Origin: Escherichia coli
GTDB lineage: Bacteria; Pseudomonadota; Gammaproteobacteria; Enterobacterales; Enterobacteriaceae
DNA length: 64,000 bases
Direction: 5' to 3' (one strand)
NCBI RefSeq assembly: GCF_003334255.1
Contig: NZ_QOWU01000011.1
Positions 11,521 to 23,025 of this stretch are shown in pieces. Position 1 is the stretch's first letter. Every line of letters begins with the position of its first letter. The notes beneath the pieces are model-generated. The model ran no database searches. It saw nothing but the letters and a program-made list of their open reading frames with translations, and was not told the origin of the DNA. Both the position numbers and the translations under genes were made by a program.

Positions 11521-12939
11521 ATGAAACAAGAAGTTATCCTGGTACTCGACTGTGGCGCGACCAATGTCAGGGCCATCGCGGTTAATCGGCAGGGCAAAAT
11601 TGTTGCCCGCGCCTCAACGCCTAATGCCAGCGATATCGCGATGGAAAACAACACCTGGCACCAGTGGTCTTTAGACGCCATTTTGCAACGCTTTGCTGAT
11701 TGCTGTCGGCAAATCAATAGTGAACTGACTGAATGCCACATCCGCGGTATCGCCGTCACCACCTTTGGTGTGGATGGCGCTCTGGTAGATAAGCAAGGCA
11801 ATCTGCTCTATCCGATTATTAGCTGGAAATGTCCGCGAACAGCAGCGGTTATGGACAATATTGAACGGTTAATCTCCGCACAGCGGTTGCAGGCTATTTC
11901 TGGCGTCGGAGCCTTTAGTTTCAATACGTTATATAAGTTGGTGTGGTTGAAAGAAAATCATCCACAACTGCTGGAACGCGCGCACGCCTGGCTCTTTATT
12001 TCGTCGCTGATTAACCACCGTTTAACCGGCGAATTCACTACTGATATCACGATGGCCGGAACCAGCCAGATGCTGGATATCCAGCAACGCGATTTCAGTC
12101 CGCAAATTTTACAAGCCACCGGTATTCCACGCCGACTCTTCCCTCGTCTGGTGGAAGCGGGTGAACAGATTGGTACGCTACAGAACAGCGCCGCAGCAAT
12201 GCTCGGCTTACCCGTTGGCATACCGGTGATTTCCGCAGGTCACGATACCCAGTTCGCCCTTTTTGGCGCTGGTGCTGAACAAAATGAACCCGTGCTCTCT
12301 TCCGGTACATGGGAAATTTTAATGGTTCGCAGCGCCCAGGTTGATACTTCGCTGTTAAGTCAGTACGCCGGTTCCACCTGCGAACTGGATAGCCAGGCAG
12401 GGTTGTATAACCCAGGTATGCAATGGCTGGCATCCGGCGTGCTGGAATGGGTGAGAAAACTGTTCTGGACGGCTGAAACACCCTGGCAAATGTTGATTGA
12501 AGAAGCTCGTCTGATCGCGCCTGGCGCGGATGGCGTAAAAATGCAGTGTGATTTATTGTCGTGTCAGAACGCTGGCTGGCAAGGAGTGACGCTTAATACC
12601 ACGCGGGGGCATTTCTATCGCGCGGCGCTGGAAGGGTTAACTGCGCAATTACAGCGCAATCTACAGATGCTGGAAAAAATCGGGCACTTTAAGGCCTCTG
12701 AATTATTGTTAGTCGGTGGAGGAAGTCGCAACACATTGTGGAATCAGATTAAAGCCAATATGCTTGATATTCCGGTAAAAGTTCTCGACGACGCCGAAAC
12801 GACCGTCGCAGGAGCTGCGCTGTTCGGTTGGTATGGCGTAGGGGAATTTAACAGCCCGGAAGAAGCCCGCGCACAGATTCATTATCAGTACCGTTATTTC
12901 TACCCGCAAACTGAACCTGAATTTATAGAGGAAGTGTGA
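11521..12939 (+). CDS. fucK: L-fuculokinase
   Basis: ORF-track start 11491 lies inside the REP palindrome; ATG at 11521 behind AGGAG gives the 472-aa FucK ([15 protein letters not shown]...). Confidence 0.9.
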
Positions 12940-12940
12940 A

Positions 12941-13363
12941 ATGCTGAAAACAATTTCGCCGTTAATTTCTCCCGAACTATTGAAAGTGCTGGCAGAGATG
13001 GGACATGGAGATGAAATTATTTTTTCCGATGCTCACTTTCCCGCCCATTCGATGGGACCGCAGGTGATCCGCGCTGATGGCCTGTTGGTGAGCGACTTGC
13101 TCCAGGCGATTATCCCGTTATTTGAACTGGACAGTTATGCACCGCCGCTGGTGATGATGGCGGCGGTAGAAGGTGACACTCTCGATCCTGAAGTAGAACG
13201 ACGTTACCGTAATGCGCTTTCACTACAAGCCCCGTGTCCTGACATCATCCGCATCAATCGTTTTGCGTTTTATGAACGGGCGCAAAAAGCCTTTGCGATC
13301 GTTATCACAGGCGAACGAGCGAAGTACGGGAATATTCTTTTAAAAAAAGGGGTAACACCGTAA
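12941..13363 (+). CDS. fucU: L-fucose mutarotase
   Basis: 140-aa ORF recognised as FucU; start 2 nt after fucK stop. Confidence 0.9.
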
Positions 13364-13420
13364 TCTCATACCGGTACGCCCGCATGACGCGGGCGGTTAT
13401 CGAATGATGGGGTGAAAAAT

Positions 13421-14152
13421 ATGAAAGCGGCACGCCAGCAAGCGATAGTCGACCTGCTGCTGAACCATACCAGCCTGACCACGGAAGCTCTCTCTGAACA
13501 GCTAAAGGTCAGTAAAGAAACCATTCGTCGCGATCTCAATGAATTACAGACGCAGGGTAAAATTCTGCGCAATCATGGACGCGCTAAATATATCCACCGT
13601 CAAAATCAAGACAGTGGCGATCCCTTTCACATCAGGCTGAAAAGCCATTATGCGCATAAAGCAGATATCGCGCGCGAGGCGCTCGCGTGGATTGAAGAAG
13701 GGATGGTGATAGCCTTAGACGCCAGTTCAACTTGCTGGTATCTGGCACGCCAGTTGCCTGACATCAACATTCAGGTCTTCACCAATAGCCATCCGATTTG
13801 CCATGAACTCGGTAAACGCGAACGCATTCAACTGATCAGTTCCGGCGGCACACTTGAGCGCAAATATGGCTGTTACGTCAATCCCTCGCTGATTTCCCAA
13901 CTTAAATCGCTGGAAATCGATCTGTTTATTTTTTCTTGTGAAGGGATCGATAGCAGCGGCGCACTGTGGGACTCCAATGCGATCAACGCTGATTACAAAT
14001 CGATGCTATTAAAACGTGCCGCGCAATCGTTGTTATTGATTGATAAAAGTAAATTTAATCGTTCAGGGGAAGCCCGCATCGGGCATCTGGATGAGGTAAC
14101 GCACATTATTTCTGATGAGCGCCAGGTTGCAACTTCTTTGGTAACAGCCTGA
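13421..14152 (+). CDS. fucR: DeoR-family activator of the fuc regulon
   Basis: 243-aa ORF from ATG 13421 (track uses GTG 13412); N-terminal HTH, C-terminal DeoR sugar-phosphate domain; recognised as FucR. Confidence 0.85.
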   Translation: MKAARQQAIVDLLLNHTSLTTEALSEQLKVSKETIRRDLNELQTQGKILRNHGRAKYIHRQNQDSGDPFHIRLKSHYAHKADIAREALAWIEEGMVIALDASSTCWYLARQLPDINIQVFTNSHPICHELGKRERIQLISSGGTLERKYGCYVNPSLISQLKSLEIDLFIFSCEGIDSSGALWDSNAINADYKSMLLKRAAQSLLLIDKSKFNRSGEARIGHLDEVTHIISDERQVATSLVTA

Positions 14153-14195
14153 CGGAAAGGGTAGCAGGCCGGAGACGACGCCCCGGCCTTGCCTG

Positions 14196-15296
14196 TTATC
14201 GCTCGTCGCGACGACCACCCACCGCAGCCCAGATGCGGCGGACGTGCACCGTCACTTCTTCGCGATCGTGATACAACTGCCGCGCCTGAATCTGAGCATT
14301 TATGCCATGTTCATCAAGCTGTGCCTGAATATACGCCAGATTGTGTGACACTTCTTCGTAGCGTTTTTTCATCGGCAGTTTGAGGTTGAAAATGGTTTCA
14401 CGGCACCAGCCATTAACCAGCCACTGCGCCATCAATGCCGCAACTTTCGCCGGTTTTTCAACCATATCGCATACCATCCAGGAGATATTGCTGCGCGTCG
14501 GACGGAATTTGAAACCGTCTTCCCGCAGCCACGTCACCTGTCCGGTATCCATCAGACTTTGCGCCATCGGGCCGTTGTCGACGGAATAAACCCACATGTT
14601 GCGCTTCACCAGTTGGTAGGTCCAGCCGCCAGGGCAAGCGCCTAAATCCACCGCCCACATCCCGTTCGCCAGGCGTTCATCCCACTCATCCGCAGGAATA
14701 AACACATGAAATGCCTCTTCCAGTTTGAGCGTGGAACGACTCGGCGCATCTGCCGGAAATTTCAGGCGCGGAATGCCCATATAGAACGGCGAATTATTGT
14801 TGCTGTATGAGTAACCGGTATAGCAGCAGCCTGGTGCAATAAAGAATACATGCACAACCGGACGCTTCGGCGTTTCATAGTTCGCCAGCACCCCGGCATC
14901 GCGCAAGGCAGCGCGTAGCGGAACAGTAAATTTACGGCAGAATTTCAGTAACTCTTTGCTTTCGTTGGTATCGGCAACTTCAACACGCAGTTCACCGCCC
15001 TTCTCTACTACGCCCTGTAACATGCCGACAATGGGGGTAATACGATCTTCTGGCGGCAAATGCTGCAGGAGTTCCCCCACCACAAACCACTGGCGGGCAA
15101 AAATTAATGAACTGAACGGCAGCTCACGGATTAACTTATCGCCATCATCAGGTTGATAACATTCATAAATGACATAACCCGCATTCTCTTTCACGCGGGC
15201 AAAACCGAAAATTTCCCGCTGGCCGGCTTTATCGGTAATTTCTGCGGCGCACTCTTTTTCAAAGCCCGGACGGCACAGCAATACAACCTTATTCAT
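14196..15296 (-). CDS. rlmM: 23S rRNA 2'-O-ribose C2498 methyltransferase
   Basis: 366-aa ORF recognised as RlmM (YgdE). Confidence 0.9.
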
Positions 15297-15684
15297 GACT
15301 TACGCCCTTGCGCTTTAAACGGATAGCACCAACTAACATTAACGCCCAGCCCGCGAGGAAGCTCACGCCGCCAACCGGAGTGACAAACGCCCACAAACGC
15401 AGATGGGACAGCGCCAGGCAATAAAGGCTGCCGCTGAACAACACCGTGCCTAACGCGAGGAAAACGCTACTCCAGTAAAACCAGATACTGATGCGACGCT
15501 GCATTGCCACCGCCAGACCTAAGATCGCCAGCGTATGAAACGCCTGGTATTCGAGGCCGGTCTGGATCCAGCCCATCTCAACGGCCCCCATGGTTTTACT
15601 TAACACATGCGCGCCAAAAGCGCCCAGAGCCACAAAAATGAAGCCGCTAATGGCGGCGAAAATCAGCATAAAACGGCTGGTCAT
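15289..15684 (-). CDS. ygdD: DUF423 inner-membrane protein
   Basis: 131-aa hydrophobic ORF; stop overlaps rlmM start by 8 nt. Confidence 0.85.
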
Positions 15685-15702
15685 GGTCGTACCCTACGTA
15701 AA

Positions 15703-16620
15703 TTATTGTTCATAACGAAAGCGGAATTTTTCTTGTTCAGCAGCGGCTTTCGCCAGGATCCATTGGCGAAAGGCGGCTATTTTACCCAGTTCTGCCTGAC
15801 TGTCATGACAAACCAGATAAAAAGCATTTTTACTGACCAGAACATCATTAAACGGGCAAACAAGACGTCCGGCCTCGATTTCAGATTGCGCCATCACGTT
15901 ATTTGCCAGCGCCACTCCCTGCCCGTGGATAGCCGCTTGCAGCACCATGGCGCTATGGCTAAAAATTGGCCCTTGCTGAACGTTGATATGATTTAACCCC
16001 AACTGTCGGGTATATGTCTGCCAGTCACGGCGCGAAGCATCATGTAATAACGTATGTTTAGCCAGATCTTCCGGTGTCTTCAAGGGTTTTTCGCCAGTCA
16101 GCAGTAGCGGCGAACACACCGGCAATAAATATTCGGCGTACAGTTTTTCCACCCGTAGCCCCGGCCAGTTGCCCCGACCATAAAATATCGCCACATCAAC
16201 ATCATCCGCCAGCTTATCTTCCTGACGATCAACCGCCTGGATTCGAACGTCAATTCCCGGATAAGCTGAATTAAAGCTGGAAAGTCGCGGAACCAACCAA
16301 TGAATGGCGAAACTGGGGAGTAAACTGACCGTCAACGCCCCCTTGGCGCTACGGGCCTGGAGTTTACGCGTCGCTTCGGTTAATTGCGAAAATATCTCTT
16401 TGATATCGAGGAAATAGCTTTGCCCTTCCTCGGTCAGCAGGAGTGAACGATTACGGCGGCGGAACAGTTTTAGCCCCAAAAAATCCTCAAGAGACTTGAT
16501 TTGATGACTTACTGCGGCTTGGGTCACAAAAAGCTCTTCTGCTGCGCGAGTGAAACTTAAATGGCGTGCTGCGGCATCAAAAACTCGTAAGGCATTTAGC
16601 GGTGGTAATCGTTTAGACAT
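15703..16620 (-). CDS. gcvA: LysR-family regulator of the glycine cleavage system
   Basis: 305-aa ORF with N-terminal LysR HTH; recognised as GcvA; divergent from gcvB. Confidence 0.95.
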   Translation of the reverse strand: MSKRLPPLNALRVFDAAARHLSFTRAAEELFVTQAAVSHQIKSLEDFLGLKLFRRRNRSLLLTEEGQSYFLDIKEIFSQLTEATRKLQARSAKGALTVSLLPSFAIHWLVPRLSSFNSAYPGIDVRIQAVDRQEDKLADDVDVAIFYGRGNWPGLRVEKLYAEYLLPVCSPLLLTGEKPLKTPEDLAKHTLLHDASRRDWQTYTRQLGLNHINVQQGPIFSHSAMVLQAAIHGQGVALANNVMAQSEIEAGRLVCPFNDVLVSKNAFYLVCHDSQAELGKIAAFRQWILAKAAAEQEKFRFRYEQ

Positions 16621-16748
16621 GGCTATTAAACTTTGATGTTAAATGAATTTAACAATTAGATCACACTATGTAACCTATTAGTTTTTTTAATCTGAGCCAT
16701 TATAAATTGTCCGTTGAGCTTCTACCAGCAAATACCTATAGTGGCGGC

Positions 16749-16954
16749 ACTTCCTGAGCCGGAACGAAAAGTTTTATCGGAATGCGTGTTCTGGTGAACT
16801 TTTGGCTTACGGTTGTGATGTTGTGTTGTTGTGTTTGCAATTGGTCTGCGATTCAGACCATGGTAGCAAAGCTACCTTTTTTCACTTCCTGTACATTTAC
16901 CCTGTCTGTCCATAGTGATTAATGTAGCACCGCCTAATTGCGGTGCTTTTTTTT
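16749..16954 (+). ncRNA. gcvB: GcvB small regulatory RNA (Hfq-dependent)
   Basis: ACTTCCTGAGCCGGAACGAAAAG... matches remembered GcvB; TATAGT -10 at 16737-16742; GU-rich seed at about 16812-16845; internal and terminal hairpin plus U-tract terminators. Confidence 0.85.
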
Positions 16955-16970
16955 ACCTTGCGATCGCGAA

Positions 16971-17198
16971 TTACTGATCCAGTTCGACCATCTCTTTCAC
17001 GTCAGTACGGTTGATCTGCTGTTTGTTGCCATTAGCGTCTTTATACGAAATCATACCGGTATCGTTATCAGTCTGTGGTTTGCCGTCAGAGACGATGGTA
17101 CGTCCGTCATTGGTGTGCATCACATAGTTCGAACCGGAACAGGCGCTCAGGGCAAAAGTCAGCATACAGGCAGAAATAATTGCGGCAGTCTTTTTCAT
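16971..17198 (-). CDS. ygdI: DUF903 family lipoprotein
   Basis: 75-aa ORF with lipobox (LSAC); AAGGAG 6 nt upstream of the ATG at 17198. Confidence 0.8.
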   Translation of the reverse strand: MKKTAAIISACMLTFALSACSGSNYVMHTNDGRTIVSDGKPQTDNDTGMISYKDANGNKQQINRTDVKEMVELDQ

Positions 17199-17389
17199 CA
17201 TCTTCTCCTTAAAGCGATTAATAAATCTTAATAGTATTGATTAACAGGCTAAAATTAACGCCTAACACTATTCAGCATATGTTACTTACGCGGCTTCGCC
17301 AGGATATCCAGATAATTCTGATGGTTAGCACTCTCCTTGTATCAAAGTGAATTTTGCGTCACGATCGGTGCATCAAGCCGAGGAGTACC

Positions 17390-18595
17390 ATGAACGTTTT
17401 TAATCCCGCGCAGTTTCGCGCCCAGTTTCCCGCACTACAGGATGCGGGCGTCTATCTCGACAGCGCCGCGACCGCGCTTAAACCTGAAGCCGTGGTTGAA
17501 GCCACCCAACAGTTTTACAGTCTGAGCGCCGGAAACGTCCATCGCAGCCAGTTTGCCGAAGCCCAACGCCTGACCGCGCGTTATGAAGCTGCACGAGAGA
17601 AAGTGGCGCAATTACTGAATGCACCGGATGATAAAACTATCGTCTGGACGCGCGGCACCACTGAATCCATCAACATGGTGGCACAATGCTATGCGCGTCC
17701 GCGTCTGCAACCGGGCGATGAGATTATTGTCAGCGTGGCAGAACACCACGCCAACCTCGTCCCCTGGCTGATGGTCGCCCAACAAACTGGAGCCAAAGTG
17801 GTGAAATTGCCGCTTAATGCGCAGCGACTGCCGGATGTCGATTTGTTGCCAGAACTGATTACTCCCCGTAGTCGGATTCTGGCGTTGGGTCAGATGTCGA
17901 ACGTTACTGGCGGTTGCCCGGATCTGGCGCGAGCGATTACCTTTGCTCATTCAGCCGGGATGGTGGTGATGGTTGATGGTGCTCAGGGGGCAGTGCATTT
18001 CCCCGCGGATGTTCAGCAACTGGATATTGATTTCTATGCTTTTTCAGGTCACAAACTGTATGGCCCGACAGGTATCGGCGTGCTGTATGGTAAATCAGAA
18101 CTGCTGGAGGCGATGTCGCCCTGGCTGGGCGGCGGCAAAATGGTTCACGAAGTGAGTTTTGACGGCTTCACGACTCAATCTGCGCCGTGGAAACTGGAAG
18201 CTGGAACGCCAAATGTCGCTGGTGTCATAGGATTAAGCGCGGCGCTGGAATGGCTGGCAGATTACGATATCAACCAGGCCGAAAGCTGGAGCCGTAGCTT
18301 AGCAACGCTGGCGGAAGATGCGCTGGCGAAACGTCCCGGCTTTCGTTCATTCCGCTGCCAGGATTCCAGCCTGCTGGCCTTTGATTTTGCTGGCGTTCAT
18401 CATAGCGATATGGTGACGCTGCTGGCGGAGTACGGTATTGCCCTGCGGGCCGGGCAGCATTGCGCTCAGCCGCTACTGGCAGAATTAGGCGTAACCGGCA
18501 CACTGCGCGCCTCTTTTGCGCCATATAATACAAAGAGTGATGTGGATGCGCTGGTGAATGCCGTTGACCGCGCGCTGGAATTATTGGTGGATTAA
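17390..18595 (+). CDS. csdA: Cysteine desulfurase / cysteine sulfinate desulfinase (PLP-dependent)
   Basis: 401-aa ORF from ATG 17390 behind AGGAG (track start 17354 is upstream in frame); recognised as CsdA. Confidence 0.9.
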
Positions 18596-19038
18596 TGACA
18601 AACCCGCAATTCGCCGGACATCCGTTCGGCACAACCGTAACCGCAGAAACGTTACGCAATACCTTCGCACCGTTGACGCAATGGGAAGATAAATATCGCC
18701 AGTTGATCATGCTGGGGAAACAGCTTCCGGCATTGCCAGACGAGTTAAAAGCGCAGGCTAAAGAGATTGCCGGATGCGAAAACCGCGTCTGGCTGGGATA
18801 TACAGTGGCTGAAAACGGCAAAATGCATTTCTTTGGCGACAGCGAAGGGCGCATTGTGCGCGGCCTGCTGGCGGTGTTGTTGACTGCCGTTGAGGGGAAA
18901 ACCGCCGCCGAGTTGCAGGCACAGTCACCACTGGCATTGTTTGATGAGCTGGGATTACGTGCGCAGCTTAGCGCCTCACGCAGCCAGGGGTTAAATGCGT
19001 TAAGCGAGGCGATTATCGCTGCGACGAAGCAGGTTTAA
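18595..19038 (+). CDS. csdE: Sulfur acceptor protein for CsdA (SufE-like)
   Basis: 147-aa ORF; start overlaps the csdA stop by 1 nt (TAATG). Confidence 0.9.
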
Positions 19039-19050
19039 GCACAGAACCGG

Positions 19051-19080
19051 GTCGGATAAGACGTTCGCGTCTCATCCGAC
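19051..19080. repeat. REP-like palindrome between convergent csdE and tcdA
   Basis: gtcggataagacg ... cgtctcatccgac, 13-bp arms with one mismatch. Confidence 0.4.
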
Positions 19081-19088
19081 CTGATTGT

Positions 19089-19895
19089 TTAACCCTGACG
19101 CGCCGCTTTCGCCATCATCTTCTTCAGCGCATGAGAAACCGCAACAAACCCAAAGGTGGCGGTCACCATCGTTGCCGCGCCAAATCCAGATGCACAATCC
19201 ATCCGCTTCGGCCCTTCTGCCGTGGCTTTCATCGCACACACCGTACCGTCTGACTGCGGGTACACCAGCGCTTCAGTAGAAAACACGCAATCCACGCCGA
19301 GCTTACCTTTACTGTTTTTCACTACGCCAAAATCGCTTTTCAGGCGCTCGCGCAACTTCGCCGCCAGCGGGTCCTGAATCGTTTTCGCCAGATCGGTAAC
19401 CTGAATCTGCGTCGGATCAATCTGCCCACCCGCGCCACCGGTTGTGACCAGTGGGATTTTATTGCGCCGACAATAAGCAATCAGCGCCGCTTTGGGCCGT
19501 ACACTATCAATGGCATCAATCACGTACGAATAACCCACGCTCATATACTGCGCTACGTTATCCGGCGTCACGAAATCATCCACCACCGTTACACGGCACT
19601 CCGGGTTAATCTGGCGAATACGCTCCGCCATAACTTCCGCTTTTGCCAGCCCAACGTTATCGCGCAGGGCATGAATTTGCCGATTGGTATTGGTGACGCA
19701 CACATCATCCATATCGATAAGCGTGATTGCGCCAATCCCCGTGCGCGCCAGCGCTTCCGCCGCCCAGGAACCGACACCACCGATACCAACCACACAAATA
19801 TGCGCGTCAGCAAACAGTTGCAACGCTTTTTCACCATACAGACGCGCTGTGCCACCAAAACGCTGACGCCATGCATCACTAATTACCACAGACAT
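19089..19895 (-). CDS. tcdA: tRNA threonylcarbamoyladenosine dehydratase (E1-like ThiF/MoeB fold)
   Basis: 268-aa ORF with GIGGVGS nucleotide-binding motif; recognised as TcdA (CsdL/YgdL). Confidence 0.9.
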   Translation of the reverse strand: MSVVISDAWRQRFGGTARLYGEKALQLFADAHICVVGIGGVGSWAAEALARTGIGAITLIDMDDVCVTNTNRQIHALRDNVGLAKAEVMAERIRQINPECRVTVVDDFVTPDNVAQYMSVGYSYVIDAIDSVRPKAALIAYCRRNKIPLVTTGGAGGQIDPTQIQVTDLAKTIQDPLAAKLRERLKSDFGVVKNSKGKLGVDCVFSTEALVYPQSDGTVCAMKATAEGPKRMDCASGFGAATMVTATFGFVAVSHALKKMMAKAARQG

Positions 19896-19948
19896 AGCAC
19901 CTCAGAATTAAAAAGGGCGAGGTTATCCCTCACCCTAAACGCATAAAT

Positions 19949-20046
19949 GCCTGATGCGCTACGCTTATCAGGCCTACATAACTCCTGCAATATTTTGGAT
20001 TTGCATGATTTGTAGGCCGGATAAGGCGTTCACGCCGCATCCGGCA
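19949..20046. repeat. BIME: two REP elements in the tcdA-mltA intergenic region
   Basis: gcctgatgcgctacgcttatcaggcctac (19949-19977) and gtaggccggataaggcgttcacgccgcatccggca (20012-20046), both classic REP. Confidence 0.75.
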
Positions 20047-20133
20047 TGAACAACGCGCACTTAGTCAATAATCAGGATGTGAGGTTACCCCTCACCCTGT
20101 CATATCCGTAAAAACGGCATACAGAATATCACA

Positions 20134-21231
20134 TCAGCCGCTAAAGACGTTACCTGCGCCCGGGGCGGTTTTCAGCACCCAGACACGTCCATAGTGGTTG
20201 TACCAACCTGCGCGGTGTCCGGCTTCCGGCCCGATCCCTTGATAGATATCGAAGTGTTGGCCTTTGATTGCACCACCGACATCCAGCGCCACCATCAGAC
20301 GCAGTTCGTACTGACCATTAAATTTGCCGTTATTATCCAGCAACGGCACTTCTGCCAGCAAGGTAGTACCTGGCGGAATAATGGAACGATCAGAGGCAAC
20401 TGACGCGCGACCAACCAGCGGCACCGCACTTGCCCCTTTCACCGGAGCAAAAGATTGCGGTTTAAAGAAGACGAAAGACGGGTTCTGTTCCAGCAGCTCG
20501 CGAACCTCGGCTTCACTGTGTGTTTCGCCCCAGTGACGAATCGCCTGCATCGACATATCTTCTTTTTTCACTTCGCCACGGTCGATCAGCACCTTACCAA
20601 TGCTGCGATAGGCATGACCGTTTTTCCCTGCATAGCTGAAAAAGTTAAGCGGACTGCCATCACCAAAGTCGATATACCCACTACCCTGCACATCCATAAT
20701 GAAGTTATCCATCAGGGAGTTACTGTAAGCGAGAATATATTTATCACTCAATGCCCCCGCGTAGATCTCCGCACGAGACGGCAGACGACCACGTTTTGGC
20801 GGCATACGGTAAATAGGATACTGGAACTCGCCCTGGCGGGTATGGCGCGCCTGAATTACCGGCGTGTAATAACCGGTAAACTGCACGTTACCATAGTTGT
20901 CGGCACCTTCCATCTGCCAGGCATCAATGCCGAACTGGCGCATATTGCGGGTATCACCGCCTGCGCGCAGCCACTCTTGCACCGCGTTATAAACATTACT
21001 CTGGTTGCCATACAGACGCGGTGACGAATTACGGATATGGTTAATTTGCTCGGCAAAATCACCGGCGTTAATCGGCGCGCCAACGGCATCTGGCTGGTTC
21101 ACCAGAGAGAAAGGCTGGGTAAATTTCCCGTCTTTATATTGCTGTCCGCGATCGGTTGGTTTGGAAGAGCAGGCGGCAAGCATTGCCACAACCGTGCCCA
21201 TAAGAAGGTACTTTACCCAACGTCCTTTCAT
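20134..21231 (-). CDS. mltA: Membrane-bound lytic murein transglycosylase A (lipoprotein)
   Basis: 365-aa ORF from ATG 21231 (MKGRWVKYLL... with lipobox LAAC). The 508-aa track ORF is an upstream extension through the tRNA promoter. Confidence 0.9.
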   Translation of the reverse strand: MKGRWVKYLLMGTVVAMLAACSSKPTDRGQQYKDGKFTQPFSLVNQPDAVGAPINAGDFAEQINHIRNSSPRLYGNQSNVYNAVQEWLRAGGDTRNMRQFGIDAWQMEGADNYGNVQFTGYYTPVIQARHTRQGEFQYPIYRMPPKRGRLPSRAEIYAGALSDKYILAYSNSLMDNFIMDVQGSGYIDFGDGSPLNFFSYAGKNGHAYRSIGKVLIDRGEVKKEDMSMQAIRHWGETHSEAEVRELLEQNPSFVFFKPQSFAPVKGASAVPLVGRASVASDRSIIPPGTTLLAEVPLLDNNGKFNGQYELRLMVALDVGGAIKGQHFDIYQGIGPEAGHRAGWYNHYGRVWVLKTAPGAGNVFSG

Positions 21232-21398
21232 TGTTCTCTTCTTCAGGTTAAAAAATAAGGCGCAACGAAGATAACAAACCGCCGCGTTTAATGAAATGAG
21301 CAGCCTCTCCCTGACGCAAATTTTGCACAAAAAATAGGCTTTAGTGATTTGTTTTTGTTCAAAATCATGCCAAATCCGTGATCGGGGTAAAAAAAAGG

Positions 21399-21426
21399 TT
21401 GCATGAAAACGCGAGCGGAGTATAGT
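21399..21426 (+). promoter_or_regulatory. Sigma-70 promoter for the tRNA-fMet gene
   Basis: TTGCAT (21399-21404), 16-bp spacer, TATAGT (21421-21426); tRNA begins 14 nt downstream. Confidence 0.5.
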
Positions 21427-21439
21427 GCGCATCCACGGA

Positions 21440-21516
<77 letters not shown>

Positions 21517-21523
21517 ATTATTG

Positions 21524-21547
21524 AACACCCTAACGGGTGTTTTTTTG
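21524..21547 (+). terminator. Intrinsic terminator of the tRNA transcript
   Basis: acaccc-taac-gggtgt hairpin followed by a T7 run (21541-21547). Confidence 0.7.
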
Positions 21548-21589
21548 TTTCTGGTCTCCCATAAAAAAGCGCCATTCAGCGCCTTTTTA

Positions 21590-22843
21590 TCATCCCCTTC
21601 TCGCCAGCGTCGCCCCATCGGCAAAATACGCTTTAATCCCCGCAAGAATAGACTCCGCAACTTCCTGCTGGAAAGTCGCCGTTTTCAGTTTACGCTCTTC
21701 CTCAACGTTACTGATAAACGCCGTTTCGACCAGAATGGAGGGAATATCTGGTGCCTTTAGTACGGCAAACCCGGCCTGTTCAACTTGATTTTTATGCAGC
21801 TTGTTGATTTTACCGAGCTTATTCAGTACCGCTTTACCAAACTTCAGGCTGTCGGCAATGGTCAGCGACTGTACCATATCGAACATGGTGTGGTCGACAT
21901 AGCGGTCACCGCTTTTGCTCACGCCACCAATCAAGTCCGAGGCGTTCTGGGTTTGTGCCAGATATTTTGCCGCAGTACTGGTTGCACCTTTGGTTGAGAG
22001 CGCAAACACAGAGGAACCGCTCGGCTGACGACTGGTAAAGGCGTCGGCATGGATAGAGACAAACAGGTCAGCACGCTGTTTCTGGGCTTTTGCTACGCGC
22101 ACTTGCAATGGAATGAAGATGTCTTCATTGCGCGTCATGTACACCTTCATATTGCCCTCTTTCTCGATCAGAGAGCGCAAACGGCGAGCTATTTGCAATA
22201 CCACATCTTTTTCGCGCGTTTTGTATTTCCCCACCGCACCGGAGTCTTCGCCACCGTGGCCAGGGTCAAGCATAATGACAATCGGACGATCGCGCCCTGC
22301 TTTACCCGGTTGTGGACCACTTTGCGCTGGCGGCACCTGCTTTTCGAGGTCGCCTTTGTTGTAATCCTCCAGCAGCGCCAGCAGCGGGTCCTGCATATCC
22401 TGTGCATTGGCCGGATAGAGGTCCATCACCAGACGCTCTTTAAACCCGGCGACCGGCGCAAGGGCAAACAGCTGCGGTTTTACGTTTTGCTTTAATTCAA
22501 AAACCATCCGTACGGTTTGCGGGTCAAATTGCCCGACGCGCGCCGACTTGATGAACGGGTCGTCTGCACGAATTTGTGCCGCCATCCCCTTGAGTACCGA
22601 GTTCAGGTTTACATCTTCGATATCCACCACCACGCGTTCAGGGTTACTCAACGCGAACTGCTTATATTTCAGCTGACGATTTGATTCCACCGTCACGCGG
22701 GTGTAGCTGGACGCAGGCCAGACGCGCACCGCCACGACCTGGCTGACCGCAGCCAGACTGACCTGACTTACGCTCAATAGCCACATGGCACCCGCGCCTT
22801 GCAGTAAACGACGACGGCTGATTGCAGTGTTGGATCCTGACAT
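21590..22843 (-). CDS. amiC: N-acetylmuramoyl-L-alanine amidase AmiC (Tat-exported)
   Basis: 417-aa ORF from ATG 22843 ([18 protein letters not shown]...) with twin-arginine signal; the 447-aa track ORF is an upstream extension. Confidence 0.9.
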
Positions 22844-23025
22844 GCCTCTCCCGAGCAAAAGAAATCTAAGCTGTGTAACAAGTAAACGACTAATTTGACC
22901 GGAAACTTTAGCGAAAGACGCATAATCTGTCATCTAATAAACGGTAAACATTCTTTTTATATTCACGGCATTACTGATAAAAAAGTCGCTCTCGCATAAA
23001 ATTTACACTTGCACCCTGCGAAAAA

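Noticed and set aside
14166-14189. Hairpin between fucR and rlmM as a strong terminator
   Set aside because: Only a 7-bp stem (aggccgg/ccggcct) with a long loop and no U-tract; too weak to call confidently.
21590-22933. Upstream-extended track ORFs for amiC (447 aa), argA (465 aa), ppdB (267 aa), ygeA (253 aa), araE (515 aa), recB (1183 aa), xni (281 aa), fucK (482 aa), csdA (413 aa), yqeH (230 aa)
   Set aside because: Stop-to-stop style extensions. Internal starts with better RBS and matching remembered protein lengths were used instead.
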